Assembly: GCA_017959965.1 (NCBI GenBank)
Contig: JAGCZO010000066.1
Coordinates: forward strand, 1 to 58,576
From: Clostridia bacterium
GTDB taxonomy: Bacteria > Bacillota > Clostridia > UBA1212
DNA: 58,576 nucleotides
Direction: 5' to 3'
Made by a program: the position numbers and the translations under genes. Shown one piece after another: positions 37,869-48,326 of this stretch (the first letter of the stretch is position 1; each line of letters begins with the position of its first letter). The notes beneath the pieces are model-generated. The model saw only the letters and a list, made by a program, of their open reading frames with translations. It was not told where the DNA came from and searched no databases.

Positions 37869-39545
37869 TCAGAACAGTCCGGAAATGACCCCGTTCTCGT
37901 CAACGTCGATCTTCTCTGCCGCAGGAACCTTGGGAAGTCCGGGCATAGTCATTATGTCGCCTGTCAGGACTACGATAAAGCCCGCTCCGGCGGAGACCTT
38001 CACGTTCTTCACAGTGACCTCAAAATTCTCGGGAGCGCCAAGGAGGGCCGGGTTGTCGGAGAAACTGTATTGAGTCTTGGCCACGCATATGGGAAGCTTG
38101 TCGAAGCCGAGAGCGGTGAGCCTGTCGATCTGCTTTTTCGCATTGGCGGTGATGACAACGCCGCTGCCGCCGTACACCTTTTTCGTCAGCGCCTCTATCT
38201 TCTCAACGATGGGCATGTCAGTGTCGTAGGCAAATCTGAAGTCCGGCTTTTCCTCTTCGCAGAGCCTGACGACTTCTCCGGCAAGGGCCTCGCCGCCCTT
38301 TCCGCCTTCCGCCCAAACTGTGGAAAGCTCTGTGTTAACGCCCAGCTCGCGGCACTTTTTGACTATAAACTCGATTTCTTTGTCGGTATCCGTGGGGAAC
38401 CGGTTCACCGCGACGACGCAGGGAAGTCCGTACACGTTCTTGATGTTCGACACGTGCCTGAGAAGGTTCGGGATGCCTTTTTCAAGAGCGCCAAGGTCCT
38501 CGGTGGCCAGCTGCTTCTTATCCAAACCGCCGTGCATTTTGAGAGCCCTCACTGTAGCGACTATGACCACCGCGTCGGGCACAAGACCTGCCGCGCGGCA
38601 CTTGATGTCCAGGAATTTTTCCGCGCCAAGGTCAGCGCCGAAGCCTGCCTCGGTCACAACGTAATCGCCAAGCTGCAGAGCCATCTTGGTGGCGGACACC
38701 GAGTTGCAGCCATGGGCAATATTCGCAAAGGGTCCTCCGTGCACGAAGGCGGGCGTGCCTTCCAAAGTCTGCACCAGGTTCGGCTTCAGGGCGTCCTTCA
38801 GAAGAGCCGTCATTGCGCCTACCGCGTGGAGATCCCCTGCGGTCACGGGTCTTTCGTCATAAGTGTATCCCACAATGATCCTCGACAGCCTTTCCTTGAG
38901 GTCCGTGATGGAATCCGCAAGGCAGAACACCGCCATGATCTCGGAGGCCACGGTGATGTCAAAGCCGTCCTCCCTTGTGACGCCGTTGGAGCGTCCGTTG
39001 CAGCCGTCAACGATGAATCTCAGCTGCCTGTCGTTCATGTCAACGCAGCGCTTCCAGGTGATGCGGCCGGGATCGATGCCGAGGGCGTTGCCCTGGTGGA
39101 TGTGGTTGTCCAGCATAGCAGCGAGAAGATTGTTTGCGGCGCCTATCGCGTGAAAATCGCCCGTAAAATGGAGATTTATGTCCTCCATGGGGGCTACCTG
39201 AGCGTATCCTCCGCCCGCGGCGCCGCCCTTTATTCCGAATACAGGGCCAAGGGAGGGCTCCCTCAAAGCCACTATTACGTTTTTCCCTATCCTTGAAAGT
39301 CCGTCAGAGAGGCCCACCGTGGTGGTAGTCTTGCCTTCTCCGGCAGGTGTGGGAGTGATGGCAGTCACAAGGATCAGCTTGGCCTTTTTACCCTTTTTAT
39401 TCTTAAGGAAGCCGGGGTCGATCTTGGCTTTGTATTTCCCGTAGTGCTCGACACTGTCCTCCGGCACTCCGGCTTTTTTCGCGATAACATCGATTGGCTG
39501 TAATTTGGTCGCCTGAGCGATCTCTATATCACTTAGCATCGTCAT
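37869..39545 (-). CDS. fhs: Formate--tetrahydrofolate ligase
   Basis: This is a 558-aa ORF with the [16 protein letters not shown]-loop. The full-length pattern is typical of FTHFS. Confidence 0.95.
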   Translation of the reverse strand: MTMLSDIEIAQATKLQPIDVIAKKAGVPEDSVEHYGKYKAKIDPGFLKNKKGKKAKLILVTAITPTPAGEGKTTTTVGLSDGLSRIGKNVIVALREPSLGPVFGIKGGAAGGGYAQVAPMEDINLHFTGDFHAIGAANNLLAAMLDNHIHQGNALGIDPGRITWKRCVDMNDRQLRFIVDGCNGRSNGVTREDGFDITVASEIMAVFCLADSITDLKERLSRIIVGYTYDERPVTAGDLHAVGAMTALLKDALKPNLVQTLEGTPAFVHGGPFANIAHGCNSVSATKMALQLGDYVVTEAGFGADLGAEKFLDIKCRAAGLVPDAVVIVATVRALKMHGGLDKKQLATEDLGALEKGIPNLLRHVSNIKNVYGLPCVVAVNRFPTDTDKEIEFIVKKCRELGVNTELSTVWAEGGKGGEALAGEVVRLCEEEKPDFRFAYDTDMPIVEKIEALTKKVYGGSGVVITANAKKQIDRLTALGFDKLPICVAKTQYSFSDNPALLGAPENFEVTVKNVKVSAGAGFIVVLTGDIMTMPGLPKVPAAEKIDVDENGVISGLF

Positions 39546-39639
39546 GTGTGTTCTCCCTTCAAGGTCTTCCGGTCTTCCGACCTCCGGCCGGGAAAGTCTC
39601 CGTTTTTACGGCCTTCCGCGGTAAATTTCCGGTCACTTT

Positions 39640-39668
39640 ATTGTATCATTTTTGAGTTCCCCGTTCAA
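39640..39668 (-). promoter_or_regulatory. Sigma-70-type promoter (extended -10) for fhs
   Basis: The minus strand reads TTGAAC (39663-39668), a 17-nt spacer ending in TGA, then TACAAT (39640-39645). Confidence 0.5.
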
Positions 39669-39747
39669 CGAAAAACGGCGGGGCTCTATTCTGTTTTTTC
39701 GCCGTTTACATATCCGAAAACAGGCGCCGAAAGGCCTTTTCATATTG

Positions 39748-39776
39748 TTGCGGACTCCTTGATTTTGGTATATAAT
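39748..39776 (+). promoter_or_regulatory. Candidate promoter for the TVP38-family gene
   Basis: TTGCGG (39748-39753), a 17-nt spacer, then TATAAT (39771-39776). Confidence 0.4.
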
Positions 39777-39834
39777 CAATTACGCGGAAAAAACCGCCAA
39801 ATTCACAAGTTCAGTTCAGCGGAGAGTTGCCCCG

Positions 39835-40680
39835 ATGCCGTCAAAACGCAAAAAAATAATAACCGGAATATTCGTCGGGATCCTGCTGGCCGCCGCGATC
39901 GCCGTTACGGTCATTTTTTTCAAGCCTATCCTTAACCTTGCCATCAATCCCCAGGAATTCAGGGACTTTGTCAACGCCCATCCCTTCGCGTCGGAGTTTG
40001 CGTATATCGGCATGGTCATGATGCAGATCATTTTCGCATTTTTGCCCGGAGAGCCCCTGGAGATCGTAGCCGGATTTGCCTTCGGCGCGGTGAAGGGCAC
40101 CATTCTTTGCATATTGGCTTCGACCCTTGGCAGCATGGCGGTGTTCGTCCTTGTCAAGAGCCTCGGCAAAAAGATCGTCACGGTCTTCTTCTCCGAGGAC
40201 AAGCTTAAGGAGGTCAGTTTTCTTAAGACCACCCCCGGTCGCGACATGCTTTATTTCATCATTTTTCTGATCCCCGGCACTCCCAAGGACCTGCTCTGCT
40301 ACTTTGCGGGACTCACGGATATGAAATGGTACGTGTGGCTCATCATCTGCTCCATCGGCCGCATTCCCTCGATCATCACGTCGACTCTCGGCGGCAGCGC
40401 CCTCGGCGACAAAAACTACTTCACCGGGATCCTGATCCTGGTAATAACTCTCGTGGCGTCCGTCATAGGCCTTCTGGTCTATCAGATAATCGTGCAGAAA
40501 AAACGGGATGACGCCAATGAAGCCCGGCTGGCCGCCGGCGAGACGATCGAGGAGCCCCCGGAGACCTTCCTGTCAAAGTTCATCAAGAGCAAAAACGTCA
40601 GCCACGTTGCCGCCTGGAGCATCATTATCGCGGAGTTCCTGATCATACTCTTTATGTGTTTTCTCGTGTTCGGCAAGTGA
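39835..40680 (+). CDS. TVP38/TMEM64 (DedA-related) family membrane protein
   Basis: This is a 281-aa multi-TM ORF. Motifs present are FLPGEPLEIVAGFAFG and LIPGTPKDLLCYFAGLT. Confidence 0.8.
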   Translation: MPSKRKKIITGIFVGILLAAAIAVTVIFFKPILNLAINPQEFRDFVNAHPFASEFAYIGMVMMQIIFAFLPGEPLEIVAGFAFGAVKGTILCILASTLGSMAVFVLVKSLGKKIVTVFFSEDKLKEVSFLKTTPGRDMLYFIIFLIPGTPKDLLCYFAGLTDMKWYVWLIICSIGRIPSIITSTLGGSALGDKNYFTGILILVITLVASVIGLLVYQIIVQKKRDDANEARLAAGETIEEPPETFLSKFIKSKNVSHVAAWSIIIAEFLIILFMCFLVFGK

Positions 40681-40694
40681 GCATGCATCTGCAG

Positions 40695-40741
40695 AAAAAG
40701 CAAAGCCCGCAGCATTTTTGCAACGGCGGGCTTTGCTTTTT
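40695..40741. terminator. Strong bidirectional rho-independent terminator between convergent genes
   Basis: A perfect 11-bp stem, gcaaagcccgc (40700-40710) / gcgggctttgc (40726-40736), is flanked by an A-run (40695-40699) and a T-run (40737-40741). Confidence 0.8.
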
Positions 40742-40759
40742 GTATATCGGTATAACCGT

Positions 40760-43700
40760 TTATCTGACGATCCTGAGCGTTATTATCTCGAAGGGCCTGT
40801 AGGGTACCTTGAAGGCTCTGCCCTTAACGGCCAGCTTCTCCAGCTTGTTTTCCATAAGATCGGCCAGCCAGACCTCTTTGGCGTCAAAGCCGAGAGTTAC
40901 TTCCGCGGTGCCGCGTATGTTCTTGGCCTCGTAGCCTCTCACGATAATATCCTCGCTGTACTCGGCTTCCTTGACGGTCTCGATGGCGAGGTTCTCACTG
41001 TCGGTCCTGATGAGCGACCATTCCTCGGGGAGCTTGCCTTTGGCGGCAGGATCCGCTTTTACCGCGTACATGGGGAAGTTCAGCATGTAGCCCTGGCGGA
41101 CCGTGTCTGCGTCCTTGAGAGCCCCCTTGTGGGGAAGCAGGGAGTAGGTGAAGGTGTGGCGGCCCTCGTCGGCCACCTCGCTGGGGTATGTGGGACGCTT
41201 TAAGAGAGTAAGCTGCATCTCGTTGCCGTGCACGTTGTGGCCGTATTTGCAGTTATTGAGGAGGGAGATACCGTATCCGCCCTCCGAGAGGTCCGCAAAC
41301 TTGTGGGCGCAGGTCTCGAACTTCTGCACGTCCCAGGAGGTGTTCATATGGGTCGGCCGCTCGATGGTGCCGAAATGCACCTCGAAGCTGGCCTTGTCGG
41401 TGTTGATGTCCACCGGGAAGGCTGTCCTGAGTATCCTGTGGAGGCTGTGCCAGTCGAGCTCGGTCTCGAAGTCGATCCTCGCGTCTTCGCCGTAGAACCA
41501 GATGTTCTGGGAGATGGTGCTGTCCTCGTATTTCCTTACGATCTTAAGGCCCGCCTTGCCGCCCCGGTCGATGACCTCAACGGACTCTACGCCGCCAACT
41601 GTGTAGTATTTGTATCCGGAGAACTGCTGGATCTCCCAGGCGTCGTAAACGTCCGGGTAGTCCTCGTAGATCCTGAGCTGGTTGCCGGTTCCGCCGCTTA
41701 TTACCTCCCGGCTGTTTTTCTTGTCGAACAGGGACTTGATCTCCCAGTTGTCGTCAAACTCGCAGCAGTAGAAGGGCGTGTCGATGACTTTGGCGGCCTT
41801 GTCCACGTTGACAAGATCCTTGCGGACCCTGAGGTTCACCGCCTTGTAGCCCTTCGGAGGAATGTCTTCAACGTAAACGCTTCTCTTGCCCACGTTCACG
41901 TAACCCCGGCCCGTAAAGGAGTGGGGGTTGAAAACGATATAGCTCTTGTCGGTCTTGATCTTCGACGCCAACGTTTCCGCGGCCTGCTTTCTTATGGAGC
42001 CTGTGATGCTCCGGAGCTCCGCGTACTCCCTGTCGCACTGCTCGTAGACCTCGCGTATGGAGGAGCCGGGAATGATGTCGTGGAACTGGTTGATCAGCAC
42101 CGTCTCCCAGCACTCTCTGAGAGTGCTCTTCGGGAAGGGAAGTCCCGCGTTAATATTGGCCATAACCGAGAGCAGCTCGCTGTCGAGCATAAGAAACTCG
42201 CATTCCCGGTTGTTTTTCTTGTTGCGGGCGTTGGAGGTGTAGGTGCCTCTGTGGAACTCAAGGTAGAGCTCGCCCCGCCACTTGGGCAGTCTGGGGTTGC
42301 CGTCAATGTTCTTCGCCAGCCTCTTCAGCATGTCGCCGGCGAACTCGATCTTTGCCTTCGGGAGGCCCGGAATGCCCTTGGTCTGTCTTCTTGCCATCCA
42401 GAGCATGTCGGGAGTGGGTCCGCCGCCGCCGTCGCCAAAGCCAAAGGTGACCATCGATTCTCTGGTGAGTTCCTTCTGCTGGAAGCGGTTGTAGGAGCCC
42501 GCGATCATCTGGGGTCTGGTGGTGGCAACGTAAGTCGTACCTCTGGTGAAGGCGTCCGTGCGGCCCTTGTCCTGGGCGGTGAGGAAGTAGGTGTTGACAG
42601 CCGTGCCGTCAAGACCCTGCCACGAAAAAACGTCGTAGGGCATGATATTGCAGTCGTTCCAGCTGATCTTTGACGTGACGAACCAGTCCACGCCGGCTTT
42701 CTTCAGGATCTGAGGGATGGCCGCGGAATAGCCGAACACGTCGGGGAGCCAGAGCACCTTGGAGTCGACGCCGAACTCATCCTTAAAGAAGTTCTTGCCG
42801 TAGACCACCTGTCTCACCAGGGATTCGCCCGAAGGAAGGTTGCAGTCGGCTTCCACCCACATCGCGCCCTCGACCTCCCAGCGGCCCGCCTTGACCATTT
42901 TCTTGATCTCCTCGTAAAGCTCCGGGGCCTCCTCCTTGACCGCCTTGTAAAGGTAAGCCTGGGAGGACATGAACTTGTACTCCGGGAAGCGCTTCATGAG
43001 CTCGATGACCGTGGCAAAGGATCTCTGGGCCTTCTCGCGGGTCTGGGCAACGGTCCACAGCCAGGCGATATCGATATGGGTGTGACCGATGCAGATCACC
43101 GCCTTGTCGCTTTCCCTCGCCCTGTCATAGAGGTTTTCCTTGAGATACGCCGCCGCGTCCTTGAGGGTCCTGTGGAACTCCTCGCCCCTAGGCTCAAGCA
43201 TATTTATTTTGCGCAGGGACATGCTGAGAGCGGTCAGTATCTCCATGTACTCGTTGGTGTTCTTCTCGATGCACTCAAGAGCCATTCTGGGCACGTTGAC
43301 GTCGTAATAATATTGGCGTACGTCCTCGTTCACCGTGCGGAGGTAGGGCATAACGATGGTCTTTTCGACCCTCGGGCCCGTGTAGGCGTAAAGATAAACG
43401 TCGTAGAAAGCTTTGTCGCCGCCGAGAGCGACCTCCATGTGATTGGTGTCGATGCCCTGGCGCATCACACCGTCAACATAGCAGAGGAACTGGGGATTGT
43501 CGGCGTCCCAGCCCGTCTTGTTTGTGTGGAGGCAAAGCTCCAGGGAGGGATCGTTCCTCATATCCTCCGGCACCTCCACCGGAATGTGGAACCAGGCGTG
43601 GGAGTCGATGCCGGTGCCCCACTCGGTGCCCCATTTATAAGTCTTAAAGGAGCCTTCGTCCGGGAAGGTGTTGTCGGTCTTGTATCCGCACTCGCAGATA

Positions 43701-43789
43701 CCTATATTTTCAAGCTGTATGACCTTCTTCGGGATCTGTTTGACCAGCTCTCTCAGATATGAGTCAACGTGTCTGCGCATACTTTCCAT
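40760..43789 (-). CDS. GH38 alpha-mannosidase (cytoplasmic)
   Basis: This is a 1009-aa ORF. The ICIGHTHIDIAWLW motif is present, and the length and domain order are typical of bacterial GH38. Confidence 0.9.
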   Translation of the reverse strand: MESMRRHVDSYLRELVKQIPKKVIQLENIGICECGYKTDNTFPDEGSFKTYKWGTEWGTGIDSHAWFHIPVEVPEDMRNDPSLELCLHTNKTGWDADNPQFLCYVDGVMRQGIDTNHMEVALGGDKAFYDVYLYAYTGPRVEKTIVMPYLRTVNEDVRQYYYDVNVPRMALECIEKNTNEYMEILTALSMSLRKINMLEPRGEEFHRTLKDAAAYLKENLYDRARESDKAVICIGHTHIDIAWLWTVAQTREKAQRSFATVIELMKRFPEYKFMSSQAYLYKAVKEEAPELYEEIKKMVKAGRWEVEGAMWVEADCNLPSGESLVRQVVYGKNFFKDEFGVDSKVLWLPDVFGYSAAIPQILKKAGVDWFVTSKISWNDCNIMPYDVFSWQGLDGTAVNTYFLTAQDKGRTDAFTRGTTYVATTRPQMIAGSYNRFQQKELTRESMVTFGFGDGGGGPTPDMLWMARRQTKGIPGLPKAKIEFAGDMLKRLAKNIDGNPRLPKWRGELYLEFHRGTYTSNARNKKNNRECEFLMLDSELLSVMANINAGLPFPKSTLRECWETVLINQFHDIIPGSSIREVYEQCDREYAELRSITGSIRKQAAETLASKIKTDKSYIVFNPHSFTGRGYVNVGKRSVYVEDIPPKGYKAVNLRVRKDLVNVDKAAKVIDTPFYCCEFDDNWEIKSLFDKKNSREVISGGTGNQLRIYEDYPDVYDAWEIQQFSGYKYYTVGGVESVEVIDRGGKAGLKIVRKYEDSTISQNIWFYGEDARIDFETELDWHSLHRILRTAFPVDINTDKASFEVHFGTIERPTHMNTSWDVQKFETCAHKFADLSEGGYGISLLNNCKYGHNVHGNEMQLTLLKRPTYPSEVADEGRHTFTYSLLPHKGALKDADTVRQGYMLNFPMYAVKADPAAKGKLPEEWSLIRTDSENLAIETVKEAEYSEDIIVRGYEAKNIRGTAEVTLGFDAKEVWLADLMENKLEKLAVKGRAFKVPYRPFEIITLRIVR

Positions 43790-43804
43790 GGATTCGTCCC
43801 CCTT

Positions 43805-44578
43805 TTAGTTTTTCTCTTTTTTCTTGAATATCCAGCCGTCCAGCTTACTGCCGAGGAGCTTGGTCAGAAGCTTTACGAGCTGTCCGATGACCACCGCGGA
43901 GATGAGGGTCCCGATGCCCACCACTATCTCGGTGTCGCCAATGCCAATGAAGGCCTTCATGTAGTCAAGGAAATTCACGCCCTTGACCATTGAATACACG
44001 AAATGCATCGTGAACGAGACCACTATCATCGACGTGTCCACGATAGTCTTGCAGTTTCCGAATTTCATGCCCGAGACCTGGGAAATGGCTCCCGCCAGAC
44101 CTTCCGCGGGCATTGCGGGCCACTTCGGACGGAGATACAGGAACACGCCAATGGCGATCAGCACAAGGCTCGCCGCGAAATATCCCAGTCTTGCGGGATA
44201 GATCTCAGGCTTTGGCAGGAAGCCCAGCCAGTTGCCGAAGCCGATCTTAATACCGAAGAAATCGATGGGCCCCGAGCCCACGCCGAAAAAGTCCACCATA
44301 AGGCCGAAGGCCACCGCGATGGGTATGCCCAGCAGGTTGATGGGCTTGAATTTCTTTCTCAGAACGATTATCTGCAGCACGATCAGCAGACAGTAAACTA
44401 CTATCGTCCATGCTCCCAGGGACCAGCCGAAAAGCTTGTTGCAGGAACCGGGCACGGAGCTCACCGGCGATATTCCCAGCTGGGAAAGTCTGGAAAAATT
44501 GATACCGACGGCAATGAACAGCAGGCCGACGGCGTAAAAGCAAAACTTCTTAAGACCCGTAACAAAATTGTTTTCCAT
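43805..44578 (-). CDS. Integral membrane protein (YczE/YitT-like)
   Basis: The ORF is 43805-44629. I placed the start at ATG 44576-44578 (GGAGGA SD). It has about 6 TM helices and the pattern GINFSRLSQLGISPVSSVP. The family name is from memory. Confidence 0.5.
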   Translation of the reverse strand: MENNFVTGLKKFCFYAVGLLFIAVGINFSRLSQLGISPVSSVPGSCNKLFGWSLGAWTIVVYCLLIVLQIIVLRKKFKPINLLGIPIAVAFGLMVDFFGVGSGPIDFFGIKIGFGNWLGFLPKPEIYPARLGYFAASLVLIAIGVFLYLRPKWPAMPAEGLAGAISQVSGMKFGNCKTIVDTSMIVVSFTMHFVYSMVKGVNFLDYMKAFIGIGDTEIVVGIGTLISAVVIGQLVKLLTKLLGSKLDGWIFKKKEKN

Positions 44579-44641
44579 AAAATATCCTCCGCGGCGGCGA
44601 TCAACCGCCTGTCCGGCTCCCGCCGGCAAATTGTATTTAGT

Positions 44642-45682
44642 TTAACCGAAAGGTTTCAGATTCATATTGGCACTGCAGTCGCAGAGAAATCCCGCCAGAA
44701 GCTCAACGGTCTTTTCCACGTCCGACAGGGAAAGCACCTCCGCGGGGGAGTGCATGTACCTTAAGGGAATGGACAGCACCGTAAACGGAACGCCGGAGTT
44801 GGTCCTTGTTATGGAGTCTCCGTCGGTATGGGTCCTGCCCCCCGACACCTCGTACTGGAGCTTTATATCAAGGGCGTCCGCCGAGGCCTCAATGCACTCA
44901 TTGACCGTATTGGGTATCCCGGGGCCCTTGCAGAGCACAGGACCGCCGCCAAGTACCACGTTTCCCGCAGCGGCAGGATCGGTAAAGGGAGTATCCGTGG
45001 CGTAGGTCACGTCCACGGCAATGCCAATGGCCGGCTTCACCGCCGACGCGGCGAAAAACGCGCCGAAGGCACCGACTTCCTCTCCCACGGTGGCGGAAGC
45101 GGACACGCCTATCACCGCGCCCTGCTCCTTGGCGAGCCTGAGGGCCTCCATAACCACGAAAACGCCTATCCTGTCGTCAAAAGCTCTTGCGGTCATCCTG
45201 TCGCCCAGCAGCTCCCTGTAATTGGTGTCAAACGTGGCGGGGTCGCCTATGGAAACGTATTCCCGGGCCTCATCCCCTGTTTTCGCACCGATGTCGATGC
45301 GGAGCTTGTCGGCGCCCATATTGCCGTCGGTCACCAGCTGTCTGTCGGTAAGAACGGCTCCGTACACGGGTCCCCCGGCAGTGTCGATCACCACCTTGTG
45401 GCCCGGAAAAGCCGTGGCATATATGCCTCCCACCCGGGAGACTCTTATCAGACCGTTGTCCTCGATATGGGTGACCCGAAGGCCTATCTCGTCCGCGTGG
45501 CCCGCCAGCATCACCTTGAAGGGGACCTCGGGGTTGATCGTGGCGGTAACGCTTCCCATAACGTCAACGTCCACCTTGTCGGCAAACTGCTGAACGTATT
45601 CGTAAACGATCTTCTCCACAGGAGTCTCGCTTCCCGAAACTCCCCGGGCATTAAGAAGCTTATAAAGAAAATTCTTGTTCAT
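44642..45682 (-). CDS. M42-family metallo-aminopeptidase (FrvX/YsdC/CelM-like)
   Basis: I moved the start to the second ATG (45680-45682, MNKNF) because the GGAGG abuts the first ATG. Motifs present are LLNARGVSGSE, MLAGHADEIG, AFDDRIG and TVGEEVG. Confidence 0.85.
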   Translation of the reverse strand: MNKNFLYKLLNARGVSGSETPVEKIVYEYVQQFADKVDVDVMGSVTATINPEVPFKVMLAGHADEIGLRVTHIEDNGLIRVSRVGGIYATAFPGHKVVIDTAGGPVYGAVLTDRQLVTDGNMGADKLRIDIGAKTGDEAREYVSIGDPATFDTNYRELLGDRMTARAFDDRIGVFVVMEALRLAKEQGAVIGVSASATVGEEVGAFGAFFAASAVKPAIGIAVDVTYATDTPFTDPAAAGNVVLGGGPVLCKGPGIPNTVNECIEASADALDIKLQYEVSGGRTHTDGDSITRTNSGVPFTVLSIPLRYMHSPAEVLSLSDVEKTVELLAGFLCDCSANMNLKPFG

Positions 45683-45727
45683 AACAACCATCCTCCGGGC
45701 TCACCGGATCTTAAAATGGGGCACGTT

Positions 45728-46915
45728 TCAGATGTAATTTACAGTCTCCACGGGCCTGCCGTTTTCGTAATATACTCTGGCCATTCGTCTGCCGATCTCG
45801 CACATAAGCTCGTAGTTAAAGGAGCCTGCCTTCGCGGCCACCTCCTCGATAGGAAGCACCGCCCCGTCAAGCTCGCCGAATATGAGCGCCTCATCGCCAA
45901 CCGAGCAGTTCTCAACTTCCGTCACGTCCGCCATCATCTGATCCATGCAGATCCTGCCCACGATCCTGCAGCGTTTGCCGGATATCACCACCTCGCCCTT
46001 GTTTGAAAGGCTTCTGAAAATACCGTCGGCATAGCCCGCCGCAAGGGTGGCGATCTTCATTTTCTTATCCGCTGTGAAGGTGTGGCCGTAGCTCACGCTT
46101 TCGCCCTTTTCAAGAGCCGCCACGTTGACGATCCGCGCTCTCACCGAAAGGGAGGGCTGCAGTTCGATAAGGTCTTTGTTCATCTCCCCGGAGGGGTAAT
46201 TGCCGTACAGAACGATCCCTGCCCTCACCAAGGGGTAGTCCGTTCTTCCGGTCATGATGGCGGCGCTGTTGCTTATGTGTCTTATTCCGGCGTCAATGCC
46301 CTCCCGGCTGAGCTTGTCGCAAAAGCTTCTGAAGAGCTTTTCCTGTTCATCGGTCTCAGAAACTCCCGCTGTCTCGTCGGCCCTGGCAAAATGGGAAAAG
46401 ATGCCCTTTATCCGCAGGTTTTTCAGCTTCGAAATACGCCTTATAGCCTCAACGCTTTCGTCGGTGGGTCTGAACCCTATTCTGTGCATGCCCGTGTCAA
46501 CGGCAATATGCACCTCCGCAGGCTTTCCCGCCTTGCGGGCGGCTTTGTCCAGCTCTTTGGCATTGGCTTCGTCAAAAACAGTGAGGGTGACGTCGTTTGC
46601 GATGGCGTCCTCAAACATCGAGGGGTGGGAATAGCCAAGCACAAGGATCGGCTTTGTGAAAGGGGGCGAGTAGAGCTTGCCGCCTTCCATTTCCTTCCTC
46701 AGCTCAAGGGCCTCGCTCACACCCGCCACGCCGGCCATCTCAATGTCATCGCTTATATAGTTCGCGACGACTCTCGAGCCGTGTCCGTATGCGTCAGCCT
46801 TAAGCACCGCGATAATGCCGGTGCCCTTGGCAAGCGAGCTTTTTATGTTTTTCAGATTTCCGCGTATCCGCGACAAGTCAACGGCCGCGTAAAGTCTGTC
46901 ATATTTTGGATCCAT
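45728..46915 (-). CDS. alr: Alanine racemase
   Basis: This is a 395-aa ORF with the AVLKADAYGHG PLP-lysine motif and a C-terminal region ...GRICMDQMMADVT. Confidence 0.92.
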   Translation of the reverse strand: MDPKYDRLYAAVDLSRIRGNLKNIKSSLAKGTGIIAVLKADAYGHGSRVVANYISDDIEMAGVAGVSEALELRKEMEGGKLYSPPFTKPILVLGYSHPSMFEDAIANDVTLTVFDEANAKELDKAARKAGKPAEVHIAVDTGMHRIGFRPTDESVEAIRRISKLKNLRIKGIFSHFARADETAGVSETDEQEKLFRSFCDKLSREGIDAGIRHISNSAAIMTGRTDYPLVRAGIVLYGNYPSGEMNKDLIELQPSLSVRARIVNVAALEKGESVSYGHTFTADKKMKIATLAAGYADGIFRSLSNKGEVVISGKRCRIVGRICMDQMMADVTEVENCSVGDEALIFGELDGAVLPIEEVAAKAGSFNYELMCEIGRRMARVYYENGRPVETVNYI

Positions 46916-46980
46916 AAAATCTCCGTCCCGGTTTTAAGACCGGTATAAGTGTGACCCGGAAGCCCGTCCGGATCTTATTG

Positions 46981-48231
46981 TCATGAAATACCGAGTATCT
47001 CGATCAGCTTGTTCTTAAGGGTATCGGCGTTGTTGATATGTGCCTGAAGGCTCGGATGGCCGTTGCCGCCCTCGCCGTTGGAGGTAAGTCTTAAGAAGTA
47101 ATAGCCCGCCGCCTCTCCGCCTTTTTCGTTAATGGCCTTCTCGATGTACGGGCAGAGGAAGGTGTCCATCATTCCGTAGGCCCAGAGTATCTTCGCGTCA
47201 GGGTTCTTCTCCTTCACCAGGTCCAGGAAATCCCGGATGCCCTGCTCGACCTTCGCAAGCGTGACCTGTCCCACGCCGTAGAAGGCCGCGTCGTTGGTGC
47301 CAAGGTTTATGACCACCACGTCGGCTTTTCTCGGGAACGTCCACTCCTCGTGTCTCTCGCACTGGTAGCAGGTCTCAGTGTACTTTTCCAGCATCACGTG
47401 GGGGTAGTGCCCTTTAATGATGCCGATGCCCTGCTGGGCCACCACGCTGTAGTCCGCGCCAATGGCCTTGGCGGCCAGCACCGCATAGGTCCTCGTGCCG
47501 TCCTGATATTCGTTGAAGGCCGCGTTGGAGCCCTTTTCGCCGTCCGAAAGATCCGGATAGAGATTTCCGTAGCCGGTTGTGATGGAGTCCCCGATCACTT
47601 CGATAAAGTACTTTGAGTCGGCAGGCTTTTCCGCCAGCTCCCCGGACAGCTTCACACTGTTTATGTACATAAGGCCCCGCTCGGCCTCCGTCTGCCTCTC
47701 GATCCTGAAGGTGTGAAGGCCTCTTTGAAGGTTCTCCGCAAGAGTATATTCCGTTGCGGCATTCTTGGTCATCCTGAAGTCGGCTCTCTTTTCTCCCACC
47801 TGCTGACCGTCCACGTAAACGCTGACGTATAGTTTTGCGCCGCCTATACCGGTGGATTTCACCCGGAAGGTCGCAGTCACGGTGCCTTCGCAGTAGGCGT
47901 TGAACTCTATGGCGGAGGCGGAATAGTCAAGGGCTATTCCCGGGGCAGGCGTTTCGCTCTTTTTGAACGCGTAATCCGTTATGATAGTCCTGCCTTGTGT
48001 CTTGCAGAAGGGGAAAAGCTCCGCCGCTGCTATGGTCTTTTCCGAATAGTCAAACGCGTCGATATCGACCGGCGTTGCCTCCGGGGTAGGCTGAACGGTC
48101 TCTTCGGGAGTCGTATCTGGCTTCGCGGTACTGTCTTCTCCTCCGGGGCCCTTCACGCACGAGACCATGCCAAGAGCAATAACCAATGCGAGCATGAGCG
48201 CGGCAATTATTTTTAACGGCTTTTTCATCAT
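46981..48231 (-). CDS. Lipoprotein SGNH/GDSL esterase with N-terminal beta-sandwich (CE2-like carbohydrate esterase)
   Basis: The ORF is 46981-48552. I placed the start at the ATGATG at 48226-48231 behind a GGAGGG SD. The N-terminus is MMKKPLKIIAALMLALVIALGMVSC (lipobox). The GDS block is VIGDSITTGYG, and block III is VVINLGTNDA. Confidence 0.75.
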   Translation of the reverse strand: MMKKPLKIIAALMLALVIALGMVSCVKGPGGEDSTAKPDTTPEETVQPTPEATPVDIDAFDYSEKTIAAAELFPFCKTQGRTIITDYAFKKSETPAPGIALDYSASAIEFNAYCEGTVTATFRVKSTGIGGAKLYVSVYVDGQQVGEKRADFRMTKNAATEYTLAENLQRGLHTFRIERQTEAERGLMYINSVKLSGELAEKPADSKYFIEVIGDSITTGYGNLYPDLSDGEKGSNAAFNEYQDGTRTYAVLAAKAIGADYSVVAQQGIGIIKGHYPHVMLEKYTETCYQCERHEEWTFPRKADVVVINLGTNDAAFYGVGQVTLAKVEQGIRDFLDLVKEKNPDAKILWAYGMMDTFLCPYIEKAINEKGGEAAGYYFLRLTSNGEGGNGHPSLQAHINNADTLKNKLIEILGIS

Positions 48232-48257
48232 CAGCCCTCCTGTTTTATCGTTAGGAA

Positions 48258-48314
48258 GTAATTTGAGCGCGGTGTTTGTTAAAACGCGGCAGTAGTTTGA
48301 GCGCGGTGTTTGTT
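48258..48314. repeat. Two 23-bp direct repeats (1 mismatch) in the tkt-to-esterase intergenic region
   Basis: gtaatttgagcgcggtgtttgtt occurs at 48258-48280 and gtagtttgagcgcggtgtttgtt at 48292-48314. The period is 34 bp. Confidence 0.85.
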
Positions 48315-48326
48315 TCAGGGCGGAAA

